64,000 bases of DNA from Auanema rhodensis (taxonomy: Eukaryota > Animalia > Nematoda): contig OZ059896.1 in NCBI GenBank assembly GCA_964057225.1, positions 10,788,001 through 10,852,000 of the forward strand, given 5' to 3'. The notes under the pieces are model-generated. The model was not told where the DNA came from and searched no databases. It worked only from the letters and a program-made list of their open reading frames with translations. The position numbers were made by a program, and so were the translations under genes. Numbering within the stretch: the stretch's first letter is position 1; each line of letters opens with the position of its first letter. Positions 29,586 to 45,979 of this stretch are shown piece after piece.

Positions 29586-30296
29586 ATGAAGTTAATCATT
29601 CTATTCGTTTCCGTCCTCGGCATCTACTCATCACCAGGTTTTTTTTGTTTCTTACCTAATTTTCATTGACTGTTTTTAGTGACTCGTGAATCCCAGAGAC
29701 AAACTTCTGTCGATCCATTCGGAAGCACTTCCAAAACCCCACTTGATGCCAGCACCGTCGATCCAGTCGGAAGCACTTCCAAAACCCCAATTGATGCCAG
29801 CACCGTCGATTCATTCGGAAGTATCACTGATTTACCAATTGATGCCAGCACCGTCGATCCTTTAGGAAGCACTTCCAAAACCCCACTTGATGCCAGCACC
29901 GTCGATCCAGTCGGAAGCACTTCCAAAACCCCAATTGATGCCAGCACCGTCGATTCATTCGGAAGTATCACTGATTTACCAATTGATGCCAGCACCGTCG
30001 ATCCTTTAGGAAGCACTTCCAAAACCCCAATTGATGCCAGCACCGTCGATTCATTCGGAAGTATCACTGATTTACCAATTGATGCCAGCACCGTCGATCC
30101 TTTAGGAAGCACTTCCAAAACCCCAATTGATGCCAGCACCGTCGATCCATTCGGAAGCACTTCCAAAACCCCAATTGATGCCAGCACTGTCGATCCAGTC
30201 GGAAGCAACTCCAACTCACCTAGTGTTGGAACTACCGTCGATACTTTGGGAAATGTTTCTAACGGACCTGTTGATGGTACTACGATTGCAGCATAA
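29586..30296 (+). CDS. Secreted 16-aa-module protein, copy 10 (10 modules, 222 aa; expanded copy-3 type)
   Basis: Same structure, open frame. Confidence 0.85.
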
Positions 30297-30647
30297 ATCT
30301 GTTCATGACAAGTCTGTGTAAGAAAGCTTAGTTTTTCACTCAGATGTGATGATAATTGTATTTGAATTGTATATTTATAATAAAACGAAATCAATTTACT
30401 TTACGTTCATTTGTAAAAATATTAATTACATAAAAACAATAAGGCAGCAAAGCGATGTATGAAGAAATATTTTAAAGTTCAGTAGCTAGTCTAATCATAT
30501 ATTCAAAGTAGTTAGTATACAATTTATATCAAACCTGATATATAATAACACATAATAGAGGCAGGTTATATTTTTTAAAGCACCATCTTTGAGACAAAGC
30601 TTGAGCATATGTCAACGCTATCGCACTCCCAAATACAAGAAAACTGT

Positions 30648-32309
30648 TTAAAGATGTTTGTATTTCAAAAAGAGAAGATGAAGAAGACGCATTGTGCTCT
30701 GAAAATTTATAAAATAGTGTGCAAAATGTAAAAGAAATAGACCTTGAGATCACCATTAGCGATATCTTGAACTCGACTTTTGGGTTTTGGAAGTCCAGCT
30801 TCTTCTATCAACTTGAATGCAAAACTAATGTTTTTAATCTTGTCCTCGAATGATTTAGCCTTAAGAAAAAAAATGTGGAGAGGAACAAAATATCCTTCCA
30901 GCAGTCCCATCAATAAAACGAGAAAAACGCCATCTTGAAATTGATATTCCATGCTGCTCACTTGAACCTATTATGGCGAAGGTGATAGAAAGTGACTTAA
31001 TTCAAACCTCCAGATTAATTTTGTTCAAATGTCTGTTACAAAACGTAATAAGAGATTCTTTTACTTGAGCTAGTTTATCTGGACCAAAATCAAACAATGT
31101 GTCGAAAGCATCACGATCTCCCTGAATAAAGCAATGATAAATTAAAAAATATATATTTGTAAATACCTTTAAACCGAGTTCATCTTGTGTAGTAGTTAAT
31201 TGTTCAACAGCATTTTCAGTTTTGATATGTCCTTGCTGTTTAGAAGCAATGACCATCTTTAAATATTTGATTTATAGCCATAATAGAAAATAAAGTATTA
31301 CTTTAGCTGATACATATTCTGGAAGACGAATGGGAGCACGGAAATGAATAGCAAGAGCGATCAGAAATTGCAAAATTGCCACAAGATCCTAGAAAATTCA
31401 AAAAGTTTAAAGAAATTTGAAATCAGAACGACCTTCGAGTGGATGAGTTCTGGCGTCCACTTTTGATCATGTTGCCCTTTGCTCAAAAGACGGTTTCCGG
31501 TGGCAATAACAATTTGAAGTTTTTGTCTTTGTCCTTCCTCTGATTGCGAGACCTCAGGAACTTCAATCTGTAAAACAAAAATATGGTTCAAATCCATAAT
31601 AGTATCAAGTTTTACTCTTATGTTCCCCAATTTTTCCACAAGTTTCTGAAGAATTTGACCATCATATAAGTCTTCTTGAACATGACGTACCTGAAGTAAA
31701 AAAATATATAAAATAAAACAATCATTGGTTACAAACATAAAGAAAACAGTAGAAATTGTCAACAACTTGTAGTGTATTTTTATTTTTTAAATAAAATAAA
31801 CTTCATAAATTAACAAACTTACGACAATACGCTGATCAGCAAGCTCCTCATTGAGCCAATGCACAAGAAGATATATTAGTTCTCTCATTTTAGGATCATT
31901 ATTAGTTTCCTTCGTAATGAAACGAACAGTTTCGCCTAGAATTCATATTGATAATTATAATCAACATGTTTTCCTACCTTCATCTATGATAATATCTTTG
32001 GCTAAATATGGAACTGTGGCAGAATCCAAAGCTTCACGACCTTCAATGTCAACCTTAACGAATAAGAAAATGAAAAGTAACCGAATCAAAAATAATAAAT
32101 TTACCTCCACAGCCTCATTCTCCTCATTCTCTTCGTTATTTTCATTAACTGGCTTCTTTTTTTTTCGTGTTAAGGTTCCGGTAAGTTTCTCCACAAACGA
32201 TTCATTCTTTTCAAAATATGTAATAAATATACGCATATTATTAAAAAATTACTTTTTGGCTTTTCATGGTATCTGCAGGGCCTGTGCTTTTTCTTCCCAG
32301 AGTTGACAT
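30648..32309 (-). CDS. pat-6: Parvin/actopaxin (two calponin-homology domains)
   Basis: MSTLGRK..FVEKLTGTLTRKKK, WLNEELADQRIVVRHVQEDLYDGQILQKL, IEVPEVSQSEEGQRQKL, RDAFDTLFDFGPDKL, QFQDGVFLVLLMGLLEGYFVPL and DIANGDLKSTMRLLHLLFLKYKHL*. Confidence 0.95.
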
Positions 32310-32647
32310 TATGCTTTAAAAAAATAATAAAGAATGAGTTTCTAAATCAAGAAAAACAAAATTAAAGTAAGTAAATCTAGTCGAATCTCAAAATCATAGC
32401 TTAGTAAAACAGTCGTCCAGGCCAAACGCTGTGTAGGAGGATGTATAGAATGCATTGACATTACACTTGTGCTCTGCCTACACTAGCTATCCGATCAATA
32501 ACATCACACAACGCCTGGTCATCTTCGGCCAGCAGAACTATTTATGCATTCAGTTAGGAAACTAATTATTTATTTTAGATTTTTTAACAATATCGTTAAA
32601 GATTAAAAAAAAGTAATTTATATAAAAATAATAATTTAAAGAAAACA

Positions 32648-36703
<4,056 letters not shown>

Positions 36704-37044
36704 TATTATCTGAAGATTTTAGCTTAAATTTAATTACTTTCGAAAAAACACTAAAATAATACTCAAGAAGATAATGCTTCTAGATTTTGAAAATTCGTAA
36801 TTATATTCCATTTTTAGCTTACGTACATACGTAAAAACACGTACAAAAATAATTTGAACTATGCCCGCCCTCTTTTAAAGACTCGGAAGAAAGATCCAAC
36901 GACGCTTGTATTCTATTCTTCTTTGTACGGGAGTTTTACTCTGTTTCTGTAGTATTTAATCATTATTTTATTATTATTTATGTAAATGACCACAAATTTC
37001 TTTATATATTTATATAATTATAGTGTCTTTAGTATTATATTAGA

Positions 37045-37749
37045 ATGACTGACTATTATGATGATGTTCCACACAGTTTTCGTGAAAATATAACATATAT
37101 TAGTTTGCGTAAGCAGTCTTCAAGAATTTTGAATAATTTAAAAAAGGTATTTTGTTACAAGACAGTCTTGAATAGTATTCTATTATTTTAAGAAGGTCTC
37201 AGCTTTCGATGATTCTGTTCGAAATCGAAGAGCTTTGAGACCTTTGAATGAATCTCCTACGCCTTCTATTGCTCCAGCTACTCCGTTGTCTAGGAAGGTA
37301 TCTTATTTATTAAATATTAAGTTTATTTATTTTGATTTAAGATTACAAAAGAGTTAGAAGGCTACCATTTTGATGAGTCGAGTAATCTTTTGAAAACTCC
37401 TCCTAGATCTGAACCCAAAAAAAGTAGAAAATATAAAAAAAATCAACCGATGTTGAGGTAGTTTGAAAACTTGAGTTTTTTTCATCCTTTCATGTTTTAG
37501 AAATAGAACGCCAAAGATCGAAACATTCATAGCGGTAGATACTCCTTCAAGTTGTAGATTAGCAAAATCTCTTGCAGCATGTAAAATTTCTGCAGTTCTC
37601 ACCTCTAAGTAAGGCAATGCTGTTTTAGTTTTTTCAATTTTCATTTCAGACCTCGTAGGAAAGGAACTCCGTTGGTCACACCAAAGACACCAAGATTCAA
37701 AAAAGTTCGACGCATTTTCTCAATCAGAACTAAAAAGTTATTTAACTAA
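37045..37749 (+). CDS. Small basic uncharacterised protein with a D-box and multiple CDK-type TP sites, 5 exons (~175 aa)
   Basis: Five exons splice in frame with GT-AG introns: MTDYYDDVPHSF..RNRRALRPLNESPTP..LLKTPPRS..RNRTPK..GTPLVTPKTPRFKKVRRIFSIRTKKLFN*. Confidence 0.7.
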
Positions 37750-37990
37750 TTAAGTTATTGTTTCATATCGATAGAAATTCATAATTTTGTATTATTTTTC
37801 ATAATATTAATTTACTTATATGGTGCAATGTGCCTTTGAATTATGTTTTATAATATTCGAGAATACCAGTTTTTCACTGAAAATTAAACAAGTATATTTG
37901 AAAAGGCTTTTTAGTTTTTGTGTTTGCAACACATTTTTACCTTGTAGTTCTGAATCTTATTGTTTAATAATTTACGTGTGTATAAAGGTA

Positions 37991-40830
37991 ATGAATTCTG
38001 ATATGTTTGTTCGTCGTCCCAAACCAGGAGAAGATGAGGATGATATTATAGCATTGCAAGCACAATGGAATAAGCAGAATGAGCTGAAGGTCTCACTTGA
38101 TTAGATCTCTTCCCCTTAGTTTGAACTTTAGACATCTGTGAATATTAAAAAGTTTACAAAAAGTAAAAACATATCTCCTGGGGTTTCTTCCAAGCCACCG
38201 TCTTCCACTTCTAAGCCGGGTCCCGCTAGGTTTTACTTATTCATTGTGATCATTATCAGTACTTTCCAGATTTACTATAGATCTTGAAAAAATTGTCGAA
38301 GAGAATCCATTACCAGTGGTTTTTGATGTGAAGGTTTTGTTAATATATTTAGCTTGATCTGAAAATAGTTTTCAAGGAACAAAATCAAGATTGGTTCACT
38401 CAAGATCGATCAGAAGACATTTTGAAACAAGGGTTGGAGAGACTAAAATATTCAAAAGAAGAAGGATTTCCAGATATCATAGATCTCAGTGCATATTTTA
38501 CGTAAGGCTATATGTCAACTCAATATTGTATATTAAATTATTATTGTTATAGCGATGGTCCAGAAAGAAGGGTTGGTTCTTCTCAGAAAAGTTTTTTTGC
38601 CACAGAATTTGATAGATTACATGGAATAATAGGTAAACAACTCATTTTTAGAATTCAAACGAATCTGTTTTAAGAAGATTCAACGGTACCATTTGTTCCT
38701 ACTGAGGAACCAGAAAGTGATCAAGAAGAAAGCCCTTATGCTAGCAATGATGCGTAAGATTTTATTATAACATGTAATGCTACAATGAACCACATTTCAG
38801 ATATATTGAATCACTATCCATCGATAAAGTCAAAGAGCTGAGAAAGGATATTGAAGATAGATTAGATGGAAAAATGATTGAATTTTTGAAATCGAGGTAT
38901 AAAACAAAAGCCGATAAGCCAAAACCTAAAGGTATTTCAATAAATTTGACTTGAGCCAACCAAATTTTTTAGTATCTAAGTTTAAACAATCCATGCTTGA
39001 TAAGGTAAGGTCACAAAACGCCTGTTCCGTTGATCAACAAAATTTCGGAAAGCCAGAAAAAGAAACAGACATCAAGGAACATAAGTTCAGTTGAAACTTG
39101 TGAATTTACACGAATTCTTTTTTTTAGTATGGAAAATTTGGAATCTCAGCCTAGTTCTTTGAATGAAAACACAATATCTGATGATTTAGTGAAACAACTT
39201 GAAATTTTAGATGAATTTGCTGACAGAGCGGATGAAGAAAAGTATAATCGATTAGCCACAGTAATTTTTACTTATAATTAACAGACTATAGAAATATTTT
39301 AGGATGCAGTTCAAATTGATTTTGCTACTAAATGTCTTCGGACTATGTTGCCGCGTCAACAGCAAAATGCTGTAAAATTATTTGATAACTTAAAAAATGT
39401 TCCCATGGAGTAAGATAGCACTCATAAAATTTGAGCTAAATATTTTATTTAGTTATGTACCTAACAAGATTGTGGATCGTGCACGTGAACGAATTGATGA
39501 TATTAAACATTTATACCTTGAGGATATGTTAGTTTTTTTTGTTCTAAAACTTTCACAACTTATCAGTTGAATATGTATTATTCTTATGGAAAATATTCAG
39601 AAGCATTGACGGAAAAATTCAAACACAGTTTACGGCGGGATCCAACCCTCTTATTGATAGTTGCTGGCCTCTTAGACCTATTAGATCAGTTCTAGATGCT
39701 TTACAAAAAAGAGATGCCAAGCAAGAATATAGTTTATATATAATATTTTAAATTATTTATTTAAGTATCTTAACTGATGATGATTTGGATATTGTTCAAC
39801 TTAGTCTAATGTGGACAGTTTTACTTTTCCGAGAACGACCAACTGCATTTTATTCGTTTGCCGAACCCAACGAAATGTATGTCAGATTAGCTGAATGTTT
39901 CTTACTTGGTATATTCTACAGTATTTTAAATATTGAAAGCAATGTTTATACAGGTGATCGTTTGTTGGAACATGATGATAGTATGGAATGTATTAGTATG
40001 CTATTTGAATCTTATATCCTAAAGGTATTACATCTTTTATTGTTTCTTCAACGGGCTTTTTTCTTACAGTGTGCCTTTGAAGGAAGAATTTGTTTAAGAA
40101 TGAATGCTCGAATAGCTGATTTAGACGCATTCATGCCATTGTAAAACTTAGATATCACTCCTTATTGATTGTATGATTGAATTTCCAGTTATGAAGATCT
40201 ACTGAAGCATTTTGAGTCGTATTCAATGGGCAACAAACTGTTTTCTCAATTTATTTTAGTTGGATCTTATCTCAATAGTGGACGTTCAGATAGGTATTTT
40301 GTCTGATTATAAACCAGAATGAAATTTATTTATAGCTTAGAATGCCGTTTCGCCATTTGGAGTCCGAAGTTAAATGTTGCAAGACAAATGACCGTATCAG
40401 TTGAAGACTCTGTATGAATTTCATAATCTTTGTATTACATGAAGATTGTTTTCAGGAAAAAATAATGAATGCTATAAGATCACAAAGAGATGAGCAAATG
40501 GAAATTTTCGAGGATCAAAATTATATTTCTTATTGCTCTTTACTTGGAGTATATACTGCTGCATTAAGAGATAAAAAGGTTATCTCGAGAATGTGTTCGA
40601 ATACAGATTTTTTTTCAGATTACGCGAGAGAGAAATCCTTTGATGTTCACAATCGCTGCTGAAGAATTGGGAAAGTTTGTCAAAAAACATACGATGGTTG
40701 GAAAATACTTTATTTATTAATTTACTTTGAGATTGTTTAGGAAGCTGCATTATTGCCAGAGAAAAATCAAGAGTTTGGTAACTTAGTAGAGATAATTGTT
40801 GGTTCTCTTAAAGATATTGTATGTTTTTAA
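37991..40830 (+). CDS. RNA polymerase II-associated protein 1 (RPAP1)-like, ~20 exons
   Basis: N-terminal MFVRRPKPGEDEDDIIALQAQW resembles the RPAP1 N-terminus; also GFPDIID, KSFFA and ELRKDIEDRLDGKMIEFLKSR (RPAP1_N-like); ends GSLKDIVCF*. Confidence 0.72.
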
Positions 40831-40963
40831 ACTTGTTGAGTTTTTTTGTTAATTGTTATAAATCATTATGCGAAAACAAAAAAAGTATTATTATACGTGA
40901 AATGAGGTGTTTCAATAACTTAAGTATATAATATTATTAAAATGATCAGTAGCTTTAACAAAT

Positions 40964-43024
40964 TTAACCTTGCTTGGAAGCAAGTCCGGTTTTATAAAGT
41001 TTCTCAGGTTCGTTCAGAATAACGCGATCAACAAATTCCTTGCCTTGAATGAAGCAATGATCCTAAACAAAGTATTTTAATTATGCAGCTGTTTTTTAAA
41101 TTTACCTGGTTTGATACTTCATATTTCCATCCTCCAAATCTTCCTCTAGAGTAGATGGAATGCTTTTCCAATTCACGGTGAGCTCTAGCTAATTCACTAT
41201 CGCGCTGAAATAGAATCATGTCATTTGAACTTTACTATTATGCTTTTTTATTTTTAAAAATATTTATATTCAACTTACGTTAGTTGTAGGAATAGGATAT
41301 CCATAGGGGAGAGTTGTTGAATAGACAGATACTATAGCTTCTCTTTGAATCATGCTCTTCAACACAAGTCCATCAATCGCTTGTTGGGTAACTTGCTCTT
41401 CGGTATCCTAAAGATTACGGTATCTTTATACATTTCATTTTTTTTATAACATACAGTATCCTCCAAAGGCCGAGCACATTCGCACATGACAGACCAATAC
41501 TTGTCTCCATCTGGAGTTACCTGAAATATTGGGAATGTATAGAATTTAAGTAATTAGAATTACTAACTTAATTAAAAACTAATTTTAATATTATACATTA
41601 TTTTTAATTTTTTAAAATTTATAATTCTAACCTCTCCATATCTACTTAGAATAGTTACACGGAAGAATGGAACATTTTTGTCTGGGAAATATAGCCAAGT
41701 AAACTTTTCAAGGAATTCAGTCATTGGTTTCTTTAATCCAACACCAACAACAAATACCTATAATTAATAAAAATATTTAAAAAGTTATTGAAATTAATAG
41801 GATTTACCTTATTATGCATAACATTAATTTCTGGGCATATTTTAGTTTCTTTAATCAAAATATCAAGTGGAGCTGCATTCAAAAGAACATCATAAGACAT
41901 AGTTTTAACTTCATCAGATCCTTTTTCCAAATAATCAACTGTTTTGTTTTGTGGATTAACTCCAACAACCTGAATTCAGATAGTGAACTGAAGTTTTGTT
42001 CTCATATGAATAACCTTTGTATTAAACTTAAACCATTCAGATGGAAGCTTTTTGACCATAGATCCCCAAACATTTCCTGTTCCTCCATATTTTGGGAATG
42101 TGAAGAAGGAGTTGGGTCCCCATCCAAAATCAGCGTTCTTAAACACATATTCTTTATTAATGACAACCAGTTATTCTTACAGCAAGCTCTTCTTGGTCAA
42201 GAGCGCAAAGCTCTTCAAGCTTAGCTTGTGGTAACTTAGCAACTCGAGTTCCTACCCAATTAGGGGACATCTTAGCTGGTTCGACGGTCCAAACCTTGAA
42301 AAATTTTTGAATTTCAAATATTTATCATCTTTGTTTTGTACCTTCTTAGTGTATGGCTTGAAGAAACTCTTAAGGATAGTTGGTCCAAAATGTTGAAGAA
42401 CCCATTCATCAAAATTTTCAGGGAAACCAGTTGCTTCCTATAGTATAGATTTTGTTTTATATATCGTATAATATTTAAAAAAAATTACGTTTTCATATCT
42501 TTCCTTCAAGTCTTTCAAACATTCATTCTTAATAGCATCAGGGAAAAGAGGAACAGCATATTGAGCTGGATATGGAACAAGATGAATTCCCTTTTCTCCG
42601 TATAAATAGTTCATATCAACCTAAAAATGTTTTTTTTGTGAATTATACTAAAACATAATTTTCAGAAGACTTTCCGAAAAATTTTATTAAATTTCTACTT
42701 ACCATACAGTTACGAGCTAAACTGTTCCATTCTTCAACAGCCCAACGAACTGCTTTCTCATAGTATGGAAAGTTATGATTGAAAGTGATATGTCCTCCCA
42801 TGTCCCATAAGAATCCATTATCATCTTTAACGGTACAAGCTAAACCACCAGCATAAGACTCCTATAATAATTATTGAAATAAAGAAATTTTAATATTTTC
42901 TTACCTGTTCGAAAAGAACAATCTCTACATCTTCAGTGCTAGCATTTTTCTCTTGGATCAACTCATTCAGACGATAAGCTGCTCCAAGTCCTGTCGGAGC
43001 TGCTCCGATACAAACGATTTTCAT
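40964..43024 (-). CDS. glf-1: UDP-galactopyranose mutase (eukaryotic UGM)
   Basis: [19 protein letters not shown] (FAD binding), [54 protein letters not shown] and [23 protein letters not shown]. Confidence 0.92.
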
Positions 43025-43934
43025 TTCTATAACAGATTAAATGTAACAACAACAAAATGAATGTCAATTTTACAAACATATATCAATATAAATTAGAAAA
43101 ATAACTAATGGTAAATTAAAAATTAAATCTTCTTTCTACGTTTAAAGTAATCTTTGCTGAGAATTTAGGAATAATACATATTGTATTCACAATCCTCTTG
43201 AAAAAGAATACTAAGAAGAACGAGAAGAAAATATTTTAGCGATAAATTTCAAATCATAATGAAAATGACATAATAGAAAGAGATATAGGTGAGAAACTAT
43301 GGAAGCGACCCAGAAAAGCCACTTTCTTTGACCTAAAAAGAATAAATATATGAGAACACTAATCACGGATCTGAAAACTGATAAAATACCTCTGTTTTAA
43401 ATTAAATTTTTATTTTATTTTAAACATAATTAATATTTAAAGTTATATTAACAATTTAAACTGAAGAAACTACAAAGTTTTAAAACATTTAGATATTTAA
43501 ACAGAAAAAAAGTTTTATTCGTTCTGTACATACTTCAGATTAATAGAGAGAAGTGATAAGATTGGATATCAAATTTTCTGAAAAGATATTTGTATCCAGG
43601 TCAAAGAAAGGAAGAAGGTAGATAAATGATTAAGATGATACCTATCATATTAAATTTCAAAGATACAAATATGTACATATACATATTTATAAATTTATAA
43701 AGATATATATTAATATAATATTTTAATATTTGTATCTGTATATGGGTAGATGATCAGAATGTCAGAATAATGGTGAATATTCTCAATTTATAGAAACTAT
43801 AATTTACTTAATTTTCTCTAAGAAACAGATCTCTGATATGACCTGATTGATGAAGAAGAAACAAGTAAATTTGTTTTCGTAGCTTGTCTCGAATTCCCTT
43901 CGTCATCGTCTTCGTCATCTTCTTCTTCTCCTTA

Positions 43935-43956
43935 TCTTCTTCTTCTTCTTCTTCTT

Positions 43957-44017
<61 letters not shown>
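43935..44017. repeat. Compound (TCT)n(TAT)n microsatellite
   Basis: Direct trinucleotide runs. Confidence 0.95.
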
Positions 44018-44018
<1 letters not shown>

Positions 44019-44382
44019 AAATAATTTAATAAATGATTAGAATAATTATATTTTCTTCTTATTTGTCATTCAACTAAATAATCAGTATATCCTTGTTTTT
44101 ATATATTGTAATAATTATTTCATTATAAACACTATGTACTACTAAATTGTTTTATTTGAAATATAACATAAAAAAAAAGAATTTTATCAAATATAAAATG
44201 AGGACAAGCATATAATAGTCTATGACATAAGCTTTTTGTTTGAAAAAAAGTGATAAAGAAATGTCAAATATGAACATTTCACCCGAAGTTGTGATGATAC
44301 TAGATACAATAAATTGTATTTTAGCAAACAATATTAAAATTCCAACCAGCTGAGTACTGTTGTAAAGAGAAATTAATAAAGC

Positions 44383-45979
44383 TTAAAGGCTTGTGCGAAG
44401 TTTTGGATCTCCGTGAGTTTCACATTGTCTAGCAATGTTTTCTTCAGCAACAGACTTCAAATCAGAAGCCAAACCAAAGAAGTAGCAAGTATCAATGAAG
44501 ACTCTTGTCCAGTTAAACTTCAAAGAGTACTCAGAGGTGCGATAATCTTGAGGGAATGTATGATGATAGTTGTGTCCACCTTCTCCGATTGCTGTGACGG
44601 TAGTCCAGAGAGATTCAACTGGGCTGATCTTGGAATCATATGGCTTGTATCCAAATCTGAAAGAAAAAACCTTGTACAAGCTTATTCTTTAAAAATTAAA
44701 TTTTCATTGATTCAAAACGGAAATAATCACTTTGTTATCTTTTTCTCATGAATTTTGATAAGAAAGAACACTTGGAATTTTTCTTGTTCAAATGAAAGAG
44801 AAAGATCATAGATAAAAGAGAAATTTGATAAAAGAGCATGTGGTGATCTGAATCATGACGAATACTTATCCTATAGATAACATGTCATAGTCGAGAAATT
44901 AGAAAAAAGTCAAAAACTAATTAATATTTCAAAATTAAACGAGATTTGCAAAACTTTTCAACTATCTATTAATATTTTTGTATGAAATAGAAAGAAATCA
45001 ACTTACGCATGAGCTGCACTGTTGATGAACCAGGTAGCATGGAGAAGGAGGCAATAACGTGCCAATCCAGCGGTATAGAAAGCTACAAAAGCACTTTCAC
45101 CCCAGAACCTTAAATTCAAGTTATGATTATGATGGTTTATGCTATATGTCACATACTTGACTGGAATAGCAGTTGGCAAGAGGAAACAGAAAATAAGAAC
45201 AAGTTCCTTGTAATATCTAAAGCAAGAAATGAAAACTGAACATTTGAATGTAAAGAAATTCTTACTTTCTTTGGAAAGCCAATACAGGGTCAGCGTGAAG
45301 ATCAGATAAGTCCAACTTAGCTCCTTGTTCCTTGATTTGAGGATGTTTACGAACTAAAAGCCAACCCATGTGAGCAAAAAAGAATCCTCTAGTAGTATTA
45401 TGAGGATCAGCATGAGTATCAGTCCATTTATGATGACAACGATGATCTCTAGCCCATTCAATAACATCATTCTATACATGATATATATTATTATAGTTTT
45501 AACTATAAAAATAGTATTTACCTGAAGAGCGGAACTGTTCATAATCATGAGAAGAATACGGACTGGCAATGAAGCCTTGTATGAGCGATGAGACCAAAGA
45601 CGATGAGCTCCAGCGGTAATTCCAAGGCCACCAAATATATGAAGGAAGAACACTGAATGTTATATATTATTAAGTAAACTATTTCATTGTTGACTTACTG
45701 AATGCAAGAGTTTGCCATTTGGCAACAGTGAACATTTGATAAAAACCAAGTAAAGCTCCAAGATGAAGAGCAACAAAAAGCAAAACGTTTCTCCATACTA
45801 TAACTGATTCGAACTTAATCTAAAAAAAATTGAAAATATCTTTATCATTTCAACAGGAAACTCACTTTTTTGGCTTCTTCTTGAAGTTTAGCCATTTCTT
45901 CTAAATCAGCAGCCAAGAATTGCTCGGCTATTGGCTTGTCAGCCTTGACAGCCATTTTACGAGAGGTAACTACAGTCAT
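44383..45979 (-). CDS. Stearoyl-CoA delta-9 desaturase (fat-6/fat-7-like)
   Basis: His boxes GITAGAHRLWSHRSY, WARDHRCHHKWTDTHADPHN and GEGGHNYHHTFPQDYR; also TWFINSAAH. Confidence 0.95.

Larger units (their letters stand above)
13493..31021. repeat. Tandem array of 10 units (1635, 1875, 1587, 1731, 1731, 1875, 1635, 1635, 1923, 1827 bp) plus one extra 75-bp terminal direct repeat
   Basis: Units start at TTCCATGCTGCTCACTTG (13493, 15128, 17003, 18590, 20321, 22052, 23927, 25562, 27197, 29120; the final copy at 30947 is inside pat-6). Unit lengths differ only by multiples of 48 bp. Confidence 0.97.

Noticed and set aside
14083-30188. CRISPR-like look of the 48-bp repeats (constant block plus variable segment)
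   Set aside because: Eukaryotic context, no cas genes, the variable parts come from a small reused set rather than unique spacers, and the repeats are in-frame coding sequence.
14036-30394. Long antisense ORFs (MISFYYKY.., 163-275 aa) and shifted-frame MMPAPSIHSE ORFs
   Set aside because: Shadows of a repeat that lacks stops in those frames; the plus-strand frame has the TATA box, signal peptide, intron and poly(A) signal.
13493-31021. Array unit as a transposon (Helitron, LTR or DNA element)
   Set aside because: No transposase, RT or Rep-helicase, and no TIRs or TSDs; the boundaries lie inside pat-6, consistent with segmental tandem amplification.
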